A stretch of DNA of 32,000 nt, taken from positions 330,001 through 362,000 of the forward strand of contig CAZKBG010000001.1 in the NCBI GenBank assembly GCA_964551375.1, in the 5' to 3' direction. Source of the DNA: an uncultured archaeon. GTDB lineage: Archaea > Iainarchaeota > Iainarchaeia > Iainarchaeales > JAAZKV01. The position numbers were made by a program, and so were the translations under genes. Positions 16,829 through 24,297 of the stretch are shown here, piece after piece; positions within the stretch are counted from its first letter, which is position 1, and each line of letters begins with the position of its first letter. Below the pieces are notes generated by a model that saw only the letters and a program-made list of their open reading frames with translations, made no database searches and was not told the DNA's origin.

Positions 16829-19303
16829 GACTTCTTTTGCTTCGCCCGCAGAAGCTTTAGCCACTACAGCAATGAATCCCACAAATAATATCAAAATAAT
16901 CGCTGCGACTATTCCGATGAATATTGCTTCAAGGGTTAAATCCGCAAGCCCAAACAATCCTGCGAAGAATCCTGTTCCTGACTTGTCAGGATTATATTCT
17001 ATTTCAAGATCAAAGCTTTTCTTGTTGATTAAATCCGCGCTTGATATTACAAACACTGGCTCAAACACGCCGTTAGTGTCACCTGCTTTGATTTTTCCTG
17101 AAATATTTGCTGACTTTCCTGACGCAAGAGTTGCGATTGTCACTGAATCAATGTTAACGTCCTTTGGAACGTTATCAAATGAAACAACAACATTCTTCAT
17201 ATCTTTTTCAGTATTGTTTCTAATCACAATTGAGTAAGTCGCGCTTGAGTTTCCCTTCATTTTAACTTTATTTGTTGAGCTTAGTATCTCAAGCCCGTCA
17301 AAGAAACTCTTTCCTAAAACGTTAAAGTAAATAGAAGCGCTTACTTCAACAGGACCTTTTAATTTTAGAGTAACTTTCTTGTCGCTTCCCACTCTTGCAG
17401 CGAGCCCAACTGATACTGCGGCGTAAATTTTCTTTGATTCGCCTTTCTTTATCACAAAGCTGTTTTCTGAAAGCGAAACATTTACGCTCCCAGGAGTATC
17501 AATTACTGAAATTACATAATTTGAATCAAGGTCCCCTGTATTAACCGCCTCGACTTCAAATACCTCAGTTTCTCCCTGAGTTATGTCCTTTGACTGAGTG
17601 TTAACAAATAACCCTGCTTTTGATTCAGGCGCAACGTTAACGCAAATTGTTTTTGATTCTTTATATGCATCCCATTCAGGACCGTCAACTGCAGACAGAG
17701 TCAAATAATTTTTTCCAGCAGATATTTCTTTTGGAACTTTAATTGTGTAATTAACCGCCCTTCCTTCACCGGCATTTAGAGTCACTGAAGAATATGCCAG
17801 TTCAGAAGGCATCCCAGTTAATTTGAAATTGAATGTTTTTGGATTAAAATAGCAGTCATCATTTCCGATTATTGGTCTTGAAATATTAAACTGCCCTTCA
17901 AGAGTCTGCCCTCTTCTAACATCGTAACATATGCTTGGAACTGAAAGCGAGAAAGTTCTTGATACAACGCTTGAACAATCCACTACTTCAACATCCATTC
18001 TTTTCTGAATGTGGAAGTCATCAGCATCGCCTAAAAGCGTGATTGACTGGTGCCCCAAATCAAGATACTGCGCGTTTATTACTAATTTCATTTCTTTCTG
18101 TTCTCCAGAAGCAAGAGTAACGCTGTCTCTTGTGAAATACGGAAGAACCATTGAGTTATCCGCAAGAAGCCTTATTTTCTTCTGAACTGAAGAAGTGTTT
18201 CTTACCATCACAGTAAATTCCTTTGACTGTCCTTTGCATACTTTTCCATCCGTTTCAAGAATTCTAAATCCGTCAAAGTTATTGCAAGTGCCTACTTCAG
18301 CGCTTATTCTTGTTTTGAGGTTTGTATCAAGCGCAAATACTTCAATATCATATTTTCTTTCTTCAGCCCCGCAGGTGTTTGTGTTTAGTGTAAAATACGC
18401 TGTTGAATTTGCTGCTGCGCAAACTTCCCCCGGAGTTACTGAAACATTAAGCAAATTATAAGGAGTTGATTCTGCGTCAAAATCAAAGCATCTTCTTGAA
18501 CTTGTGTTATTCACTAGTTTCATTTGAGTGCCGAATGAATTGCATCTCTCAAGGCAGATTCCGTAATTTGCCGCTTCAAGATAAAATCCTCTTTCAGCGC
18601 CATTGCTTGGATTTGCACCACTATCAAAGCAGTTTGAGCTTACTGAATATAGTAAATTTGCGTCCTTTCCTCTTGAATCAACCGCTCTTATTTTCATTGA
18701 AGAAGTAAGGTGCCTGTTTGAGCTTACATCGCAAGACAAATAATTTCCGTCTTCAAGGTAACAATTCAGCCCTGTTGGATTAACTTGTTCTATTAAACTA
18801 AATGTCACGTTTTTGCCGTCTTCGCGGTCGTTAATATAATCTTTCAAATTAACAAATCTTGAATTTGAGTCAGAAATACAAATCTGCGGAAGCGGGTTCC
18901 AAACAGGATTAAAATTCCTTACTGAAAGTGTAAAAAAGTCTTGTGAATAGTGTCCGAAGCTATCATCTACTCTTACAACAACTTCACTTTCTGAATCTCT
19001 GCATGAATTTATTCTGCATGAAATATAAGTATTGTTATCTATTACACAATTTGCAAGGCTTGTATCAGACTGTGAAACAATCGAGTATCTTAATGCAAGA
19101 ACGTTTGAGTCGCTTGAGTAATCAGGAAGATAGAACATTTTGTTTAAATCTTCAGTACAGCTCACAGTTCTTGAGGGAACATTTAATGAAGGAGAATTTG
19201 ATGCTGATGCGTCTGCAAATCCTGCAAAAGCAATTACTAACAGCATTACGCCTAAAATAATGCACAAATTGCTTAGACTAAAAAAACCTTTCTTATTCCC
19301 CAT
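16817..19303 (-). CDS. large secreted surface protein, paralogue-like of the 848-aa protein (Ig-like/CARDB-like repeats, C-terminal TM anchor)
   Basis: Signal/anchor segment FFSLSNLCIILGVMLLVIAFAGFADA. Cys-bracketed modules include GTCNNFDGFRILETDGKVC..VRNTS and VDCSSVVSRTFSLSVPSIC. CARDB-like strands include VEAVNTGD and IVIRNNTEKD. C-terminal TM helix is AIFIGIVAAIILILFVGFIAVV. A strong SD (GGAGGG, plus-strand ccctcc at 19311-19316) lies 7 nt before the ATG. Confidence 0.75.
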   Translation of the reverse strand: MGNKKGFFSLSNLCIILGVMLLVIAFAGFADASASNSPSLNVPSRTVSCTEDLNKMFYLPDYSSDSNVLALRYSIVSQSDTSLANCVIDNNTYISCRINSCRDSESEVVVRVDDSFGHYSQDFFTLSVRNFNPVWNPLPQICISDSNSRFVNLKDYINDREDGKNVTFSLIEQVNPTGLNCYLEDGNYLSCDVSSNRHLTSSMKIRAVDSRGKDANLLYSVSSNCFDSGANPSNGAERGFYLEAANYGICLERCNSFGTQMKLVNNTSSRRCFDFDAESTPYNLLNVSVTPGEVCAAANSTAYFTLNTNTCGAEERKYDIEVFALDTNLKTRISAEVGTCNNFDGFRILETDGKVCKGQSKEFTVMVRNTSSVQKKIRLLADNSMVLPYFTRDSVTLASGEQKEMKLVINAQYLDLGHQSITLLGDADDFHIQKRMDVEVVDCSSVVSRTFSLSVPSICYDVRRGQTLEGQFNISRPIIGNDDCYFNPKTFNFKLTGMPSELAYSSVTLNAGEGRAVNYTIKVPKEISAGKNYLTLSAVDGPEWDAYKESKTICVNVAPESKAGLFVNTQSKDITQGETEVFEVEAVNTGDLDSNYVISVIDTPGSVNVSLSENSFVIKKGESKKIYAAVSVGLAARVGSDKKVTLKLKGPVEVSASIYFNVLGKSFFDGLEILSSTNKVKMKGNSSATYSIVIRNNTEKDMKNVVVSFDNVPKDVNIDSVTIATLASGKSANISGKIKAGDTNGVFEPVFVISSADLINKKSFDLEIEYNPDKSGTGFFAGLFGLADLTLEAIFIGIVAAIILILFVGFIAVVAKASAGEAKEVWMH

Positions 19304-19305
19304 AA

Positions 19306-19983
19306 CTAAACCCTCCTATTTACTCTTGCGATAAATGCAATCAATAAAACGGCTGCAATAAGAACCATTATCCAAAACAACACCCATTCAAACGGAGAAA
19401 GTTTTTCAAGATCTTCATTTAAAGCCCCTATGCTGAAAAATGCTCCAATCGCATTTTCAGTGTTTGATGCACTTTTTTTCTGGAAAGATAAAATTATTGA
19501 GTTTCTGTCGGCTTTCTGCCCCACCATTGCCTCAATTGTCGCATCAACATCCCCGCTGATGTTTGAGTTATTATAAACCACAATTTTTGCTTCTGAAGTT
19601 GAATTTGGAAGAATTGTTTTAGGAGCAAATACTTCTGAACGAACGGGAGAATAAAAATTAACTACCACATTAGCAGTGCTTGTTGAGTCATTTGTTAATT
19701 TAACATAAAATGTTGCTTTATCATTCACCACAACGCTTTCTGGAGCTGAAATATTTAATGCGTGCCCGTATGAGCCTATTAGTAGAATGAAAAATAAAAG
19801 AGCAACAAGCAGATATTCCTTATCCATTTTGAACATGCCCCCCATCCCTTTTGAATCAGGAAGGTCAAAGCCCAAAAGCATTTTTGAAAGAGACTTTTTT
19901 GCAGGAGTTTTTGGCTTTGCTTCAGCTGGAGTTTTTGATGCAACATCTTTTGGCTTTGCGCCCTCGGCCACGTGTTCACTCAT
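19306..19983 (-). CDS. bitopic membrane protein with one Ig-like ectodomain and a Lys/Pro/Ala-rich N-terminal tail
   Basis: The first ~55 aa are low-complexity (KPKDVASKTPAEAKPKTPAKK). They are followed by LLVALLFFILLIGSYGHA, an Ig-like segment (FYVKLTNDSTSTANVVVNF) and the C-terminal TM helix WVLFWIMVLIAAVLLIAFIARVNRRV. The stop lies 2 nt from the next start. GGGGTTGGG lies 5 nt upstream of ATG 19983. An internal start at MFKMDKEY is an alternative. Confidence 0.65.
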   Translation of the reverse strand: MSEHVAEGAKPKDVASKTPAEAKPKTPAKKSLSKMLLGFDLPDSKGMGGMFKMDKEYLLVALLFFILLIGSYGHALNISAPESVVVNDKATFYVKLTNDSTSTANVVVNFYSPVRSEVFAPKTILPNSTSEAKIVVYNNSNISGDVDATIEAMVGQKADRNSIILSFQKKSASNTENAIGAFFSIGALNEDLEKLSPFEWVLFWIMVLIAAVLLIAFIARVNRRV

Positions 19984-20009
19984 TAATGCCCAACCCCAAT
20001 AAAACTATT

Positions 20010-20052
20010 AACTTTGCCTGCAAAGTTGTTAACTTTGTTAAATTACAAAGTT
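20010..20052. promoter_or_regulatory. two adjacent inverted repeats with identical arms (AACTTTG-N4-CAAAGTT and AACTTTG-N8-CAAAGTT)
   Basis: First repeat: 20010-20016 pairs with 20021-20027. Second repeat: 20031-20037 pairs with 20046-20052. The left arms are 21 bp apart. The pair lies between the TATA box at 20082-20089 and ATG 19983. Confidence 0.5.
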
Positions 20053-20081
20053 ATTCAATAAGTAATTTGCTGCAGAAGGAG

Positions 20082-20089
20082 TATATAAA
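20082..20089 (-). promoter_or_regulatory. TATA box (TTTATATA on the minus strand) for the 225/828/848-aa gene unit
   Basis: Plus-strand tatataaa reads TTTATATA on the minus strand. A T5 termination-like run for the upstream 84-aa gene lies at 20108-20112 (plus-strand AAAAA). The predicted TSS is near 20059. Confidence 0.45.
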
Positions 20090-20156
20090 GATAACGCCTT
20101 AAATCCAAAAACAGACAAACTGATTATTATACACAAAAGAGCAAAATAACCCAAAA

Positions 20157-20411
20157 TTAAGCAGTATTAGCAGGGGTTTGAGGAGGACTAACCACCGCAA
20201 CATTAGCCCCGCTTGAAGTGCTTGTTGAAACAGAGCCTGTTAAAAGAGATGCATTAAATTCCTTCAAATACTGGGCAACTGATTGCCCCGCAGCCGAAGA
20301 TGCGCCGCCAAAATCAGGAACCGATGGAGGAACAACAGTAGTAACCGCAGCAAAAACAACCGCAAGCAATAGCAGCACTACCACTCCAATCGCAATAATT
20401 CTTTTCATCAT
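20157..20411 (-). CDS. small secreted or anchored Ser/Thr/Ala/Pro-rich protein (84 aa)
   Basis: The N-terminal hydrophobic segment MMKRIIAIGVVVLLLLAVVFAAV is followed by a low-complexity S/T/A/P tail. The gene is co-directional with the cluster and has AGGGAT 5 nt upstream of the ATG. An antisense 73-aa ORF exists and is less convincing. Confidence 0.5.
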   Translation of the reverse strand: MMKRIIAIGVVVLLLLAVVFAAVTTVVPPSVPDFGGASSAAGQSVAQYLKEFNASLLTGSVSTSTSSGANVAVVSPPQTPANTA

Positions 20412-20458
20412 AAAAATCCCTTTAATTCTACTTCAATAACATACTAACCTAAACACCA

Positions 20459-20471
20459 ATATTAAACTAAC
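20459..20471 (-). promoter_or_regulatory. GTTAGTTTAATAT promoter-like element upstream of the 84-aa gene
   Basis: Plus-strand ATTAAACTAAC at 20461-20471 is identical to 16708-16718. On the minus strand it reads GTTAGTTTAATAT, about 50 nt upstream of ATG 20411. Confidence 0.4.
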
Positions 20472-20481
20472 ACCCGAACCA

Positions 20482-23400
20482 TTATTTATTTACTATCTTA
20501 AGCCACTTTATGCCATTAAATCCAAATCTTTCCCCGCTTGCCATTAATACTGCAACTCTTTTGTAAGTTGTGTCAGTTGGAGTCTCAGCAACTAACGCAG
20601 CATACTGCTTATTTTCAATTACAATCCAAGCAGGATTGAAAACCATATTTTCAGTGCCTTTCAATAATTTTGGCTGAGTGAAACTAAAGTTAGTTCCAAG
20701 CGACTTCATCTGCTCGCTGATTGACTGCGAATTTGTCTGGAAAGAATAATTAGGAGTCTTTGGCTCAACACCGTAATTGAAAACAGTAGGCTCAACAATC
20801 AAAAACTTTCCTGCAATATCCTTCATGAAAACATACCTCTGGTAAACAACATTTTTATCATCAGACCAAACCATCTGAACTCCGCTCAAAGTATCAACTG
20901 AAGACGGAGCAAGATTGTTCACCGCGTCATATACAAACTGCTGCATTGCAGCATCAACCGCAGTCGGAGCCGTATCAACAGGAGTTGGAGTTGCCCTCAA
21001 TCCAGGCAGTTCAATCACATCATGAAGAGTAATATCAGTCGCAGGATCGCAAGTAGGGTCATATGCGCTTTTTGGAACACAGCCAAGCCCCAAATTATTC
21101 AAAACATTTCTTGTCCAGTCCTGCTGGTCTAAAAGCTTGAAATCATTAATAGTCCCCTGCCCTATGTAATTTGCAGTAGCAGTGTCAAGCTGAGTTCCTT
21201 TATCGCTTGAAGTTGCGCTTGAATCCTTACTTTTTAACTGAGCCTTCAAATCATCAACTGCTTTATACGCAGCATCTCTTTCAGCAGCAATCGATTTAGT
21301 TGAAGTTCTTGCAGCATCCCTTTGAGCTTCAGCCGCCGCTTTATTTTTCTTTTCATCAGCAAGCTGTTTCTTCAAAGAATCAATCTGGGCAGAGTCAGCG
21401 CCAGTCTGTCCTTCAAGATCTTTAATTCTTGCTTCAAGGCCTGCAATTGAATCAGCATAACCGGCAATTCCCGCTTCGAGCTCTGCCTGGGCATATTCAG
21501 CAGTAATTGCTCTCTGTGTAGCATCTCTTGCTTCATCAGTTTTGGCTTTTAATTGAGTAGCAAGATTAGCCGCCGCCGCATCCAAATCTTCATAATTGCT
21601 TAAAGAAATCCACAAGCTTGTTTCAAGAGATTTATTTTTTGCTTCTAAATCCTTAATTGTCTGTTCTGCTTTGACAAGAGCTGCCCTTGCTGTTGCAAGT
21701 TCATTTGTAGGAGCGCATGAAGCAGCAGGAATAGACGCGCCTGTTGAAACTCCCGCACTGCAGGTTGTAGGCGCAGTTCCGCCCTTGATTTGCAAAGTCA
21801 CTGAAGTCTTTTTGCAAGTCCAGTTGTCAATATTTTTATCAAACACAATTGATCCATCCTTGGCGCAAACACCCTGCTGGATATCCTTATCGCCAGCTGT
21901 AATAGTAAAACCGCCCTTAGCCTGCTTATTGTTCATAGTCAAATAGTCCGCAATCCACTCAACTTTAACTTCCTTTGAAGTATGATAAGGCAAATTATTC
22001 ACAACAACAACCCACTTCTTGCTGTCAACAGGGTGCTTAATGAAAGCGCTGAACTCATCAGCAGCGTTAGAAGAATTGGAAGAAACAATCTTGCCGTCAA
22101 TCATAAATGAATGCTTCACAATAGAAGGATCAATATACTTCTCAATGCTCCAAGAAGAAGTAGCGCTGAACTTCTTTGTTGAAAGAGAGGATTCAAAACC
22201 ATCCTCAAATTCTCCGATGAAATAACCTTGAGTATAATTTCCAAGAGTTGCTGCCCCGCCCCCAGTGTAAGTAAATGCCTGAATTATTGGATACCCTTCA
22301 GTTGCAACTCCAACTGCAAGCTTCTGATTCATGAAAGTATCAAACTCTCCGACAACTCTGCTTCTTGCCCTCTGGGAAGAATAACTTGAAATCCCCATCT
22401 GAACAGGAACTAACGGAGCTGAAACAACGCCAAGCAAAGTCTTGCCAACTGCGCTAACTCTTGACATCCAAACGCCTTTTCCAAATCCAATGCTTGCCCA
22501 TGCTTTTGCATCGCTTTCATTTCCAGTAAAAATATCTTTTGTGCTCCCCCAAAGCCCTTTGAAGTAATTTCCAAATCCTTTCCAAAGACCGTCCCACCAG
22601 CCGTCATTATCAATAACGCTTTTCTTAAAATCAGCAGCAACATCCGTAATGTCTTTCTTTAACGCACCGCTGTTATCAGTAAATAATGGAGTATAAACAG
22701 CATCACAATAATTCATGTTTGTGAATTTATCAGGTCTTCTGATGAAAGCGCACTTTGAAGTGCTTAATTTTGTCTGAACATCATTATGCGCAATTGTGGC
22801 AATTGCCGGATTAAATCTTACAAACACTGCTATTGCATAATCTTTTCCATTTGTAAGAGTTGTTTTTAATCCTGAAAGATTACATTCAAATACTTTATCA
22901 TTTCCGCTTCCCTTGTTTGGGTTCCAGGCAATATTTTTAATAACGGTTTCAATTGTAACATTATCCTGCGGAACTGCTCCTTTTGGCCAGCAATACTGCT
23001 GATAAACTGCTTTCTTTGTTGAAAGGTCATAAACTTGATAATCAATGTAATAAACAACAGGCGGGTCTTTTTCAGCAATATCCGATTCAACCTGCCCAGT
23101 CATTGTTAAACTTGAAGTTAAAAGAGATGCAATCCCATCCCAACCAGGCGCAGTGTCCATCTTATTCAATAAATCTTTTTCAAAATTCATATTGTTTGCA
23201 GTATTTGGCTGAACAACAATAACTTCAGGCCAGTACTCGGAAGGAATAATGCTTCCATCTTCATTTCCAATCATTTTAATATTAAAAGTATCATATTGAG
23301 TTGAAGTAAAAGGAATTGCCCACACTTGATTATTTTTATTCGCAAATGCTTTGAAGAACTCAATCTTTGGACCTGCAAGAGAAGCTTCTCTTTGTGAAAA

Positions 23401-24297
23401 CAAAAGACCCATTTTTGCAACATTAATAACTTCAAGACCAACTTGAACAATCAACAAAGCGCCGAATCCCTTTGCCATAAAAGTTTTGAATCCAGGAGTT
23501 CCAACAGTCCAAGGCTTAACAACCTTTGGAGGAGTAGGCTCAGGAACAACAGGAGTTGGAGTAGGAGTAACAGGCTCAGGAGTAGGAACAACAGGAGGCA
23601 CTGGCTCAGGAACAACAGGCTTAGGAGTAGGAGTAACAGGCTCAGGAGTAGGAACAACAGGCTCAGGTGTAACAGGAGTCACTGGTTTAGGAGTAGGAAC
23701 AACCGGCTCAGGGTTAGGGTTAGGCGCAGGAACAGGAGTTTGTCCGCCGTTTCCAGGACCGCCGGCGCCGCTTCCGCCATTAACTGTAATCTTAATTTCA
23801 TTTATATTTACTAATTTTCCTTTCGCAGCAGCCTCAGCAGATGCTTCAGCAGCAGTGCCGGCCCCAACTTTTTCAGGAGTATTAGGCGCAGGAGTTACTG
23901 GTTCAGGAACAGGGAATTTAGTAATATCAATTTTCCAAGCCTTTCCAACCTGTTGAACTTTATCAATAGTAGTATTGAATTTGTAAGAAGTTACTTTTTC
24001 AGTAGGAGTAGTGTAAAAAGAAGTCCCCTCAGTTATATTATAAACAGAATTAAGTTTCACTCTCAAATCAGCAGCATTGGCAGGCTTTACTGCGCTAATA
24101 GCGGTTTTTGGCATCCCTAATTTTTCAAAAGCAGCTCTTACAAAGCCCACATCATCAGTTGGGACAGCAGTAATTTCAAAACCAAGATTGCTTCCCGCCT
24201 TGTTTATCAAAGTCGTGTCAACAGCAGTTGCTGAAAAAACAACCATTGAAAATAGAATCAAAAAAAGCACTAAAACTGCCCGCTTGTTAACATTCAT
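20482..24297 (-). CDS. giant secreted protein (~1271 aa): signal peptide, Pro/Thr stalk, hydrophobic segments, Ala-rich coiled coil, C-terminal beta-rich domain; function unknown
   Basis: ATG 24297 overlaps the upstream stop as ATGA and is preceded by GGTGG 6 nt upstream. Signal peptide: MNVNKRAVLVLFLILFSMVVFSATA. PT-rich stalk at nt 23515-23742. Hydrophobic segment GFGALLIVQVGLEVINVAKMGLLF at nt 23401-23469. A 160-aa heptad-like Ala/Lys/Glu region at nt 21226-21705. The track start at 24315 (MRRWFC) is less likely. Confidence 0.75.
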   Translation of the reverse strand: MNVNKRAVLVLFLILFSMVVFSATAVDTTLINKAGSNLGFEITAVPTDDVGFVRAAFEKLGMPKTAISAVKPANAADLRVKLNSVYNITEGTSFYTTPTEKVTSYKFNTTIDKVQQVGKAWKIDITKFPVPEPVTPAPNTPEKVGAGTAAEASAEAAAKGKLVNINEIKITVNGGSGAGGPGNGGQTPVPAPNPNPEPVVPTPKPVTPVTPEPVVPTPEPVTPTPKPVVPEPVPPVVPTPEPVTPTPTPVVPEPTPPKVVKPWTVGTPGFKTFMAKGFGALLIVQVGLEVINVAKMGLLFSQREASLAGPKIEFFKAFANKNNQVWAIPFTSTQYDTFNIKMIGNEDGSIIPSEYWPEVIVVQPNTANNMNFEKDLLNKMDTAPGWDGIASLLTSSLTMTGQVESDIAEKDPPVVYYIDYQVYDLSTKKAVYQQYCWPKGAVPQDNVTIETVIKNIAWNPNKGSGNDKVFECNLSGLKTTLTNGKDYAIAVFVRFNPAIATIAHNDVQTKLSTSKCAFIRRPDKFTNMNYCDAVYTPLFTDNSGALKKDITDVAADFKKSVIDNDGWWDGLWKGFGNYFKGLWGSTKDIFTGNESDAKAWASIGFGKGVWMSRVSAVGKTLLGVVSAPLVPVQMGISSYSSQRARSRVVGEFDTFMNQKLAVGVATEGYPIIQAFTYTGGGAATLGNYTQGYFIGEFEDGFESSLSTKKFSATSSWSIEKYIDPSIVKHSFMIDGKIVSSNSSNAADEFSAFIKHPVDSKKWVVVVNNLPYHTSKEVKVEWIADYLTMNNKQAKGGFTITAGDKDIQQGVCAKDGSIVFDKNIDNWTCKKTSVTLQIKGGTAPTTCSAGVSTGASIPAASCAPTNELATARAALVKAEQTIKDLEAKNKSLETSLWISLSNYEDLDAAAANLATQLKAKTDEARDATQRAITAEYAQAELEAGIAGYADSIAGLEARIKDLEGQTGADSAQIDSLKKQLADEKKNKAAAEAQRDAARTSTKSIAAERDAAYKAVDDLKAQLKSKDSSATSSDKGTQLDTATANYIGQGTINDFKLLDQQDWTRNVLNNLGLGCVPKSAYDPTCDPATDITLHDVIELPGLRATPTPVDTAPTAVDAAMQQFVYDAVNNLAPSSVDTLSGVQMVWSDDKNVVYQRYVFMKDIAGKFLIVEPTVFNYGVEPKTPNYSFQTNSQSISEQMKSLGTNFSFTQPKLLKGTENMVFNPAWIVIENKQYAALVAETPTDTTYKRVAVLMASGERFGFNGIKWLKIVNK
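23537..23661 (-). repeat. 66-nt (22-aa) tandem duplication inside the Pro/Thr stalk
   Basis: The 59-nt blocks at 23537-23595 and 23603-23661 differ at 3 positions. They encode PVVPTPEPVTPTP(K/T)PVVPEP(V/T)P. Confidence 0.9.

Noticed and set aside
14133-16978. C-terminal anchors considered as PGF-CTERM/archaeosortase signals
   Set aside because: The motif is G(T/A)FF rather than PGF. One protein has about 70 residues after the TM helix, and another has no basic cluster after it. No archaeosortase gene is in the window. It is reported as a shared motif only.
20157-20411. 84-aa protein considered as an archaeal type IV pilin or archaellin-like subunit
   Set aside because: The N-terminus (MMKR/IIAIGVVV) lacks the class III signal-peptide cleavage motif (K/R-G/A followed by a small or polar residue). 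No prepilin peptidase, ATPase or platform gene is nearby.
20218-20439. 73-aa plus-strand ORF antisense to the 84-aa gene
   Set aside because: It has no signal sequence, promoter or SD context and opposes the direction of the whole cluster. The minus-strand ORF has an N-terminal hydrophobic signal and an SD-like AGGGAT. The choice between the two is not certain.
23486-23956. 156-aa plus-strand ORF rich in Gly/Thr/Val (GVGTTGSGV repeats)
   Set aside because: It is the antisense shadow of the Pro/Thr stalk of the giant minus-strand gene. The low-complexity repeat keeps both strands open. It has no start context and is fully nested in a 3.8-kb ORF.
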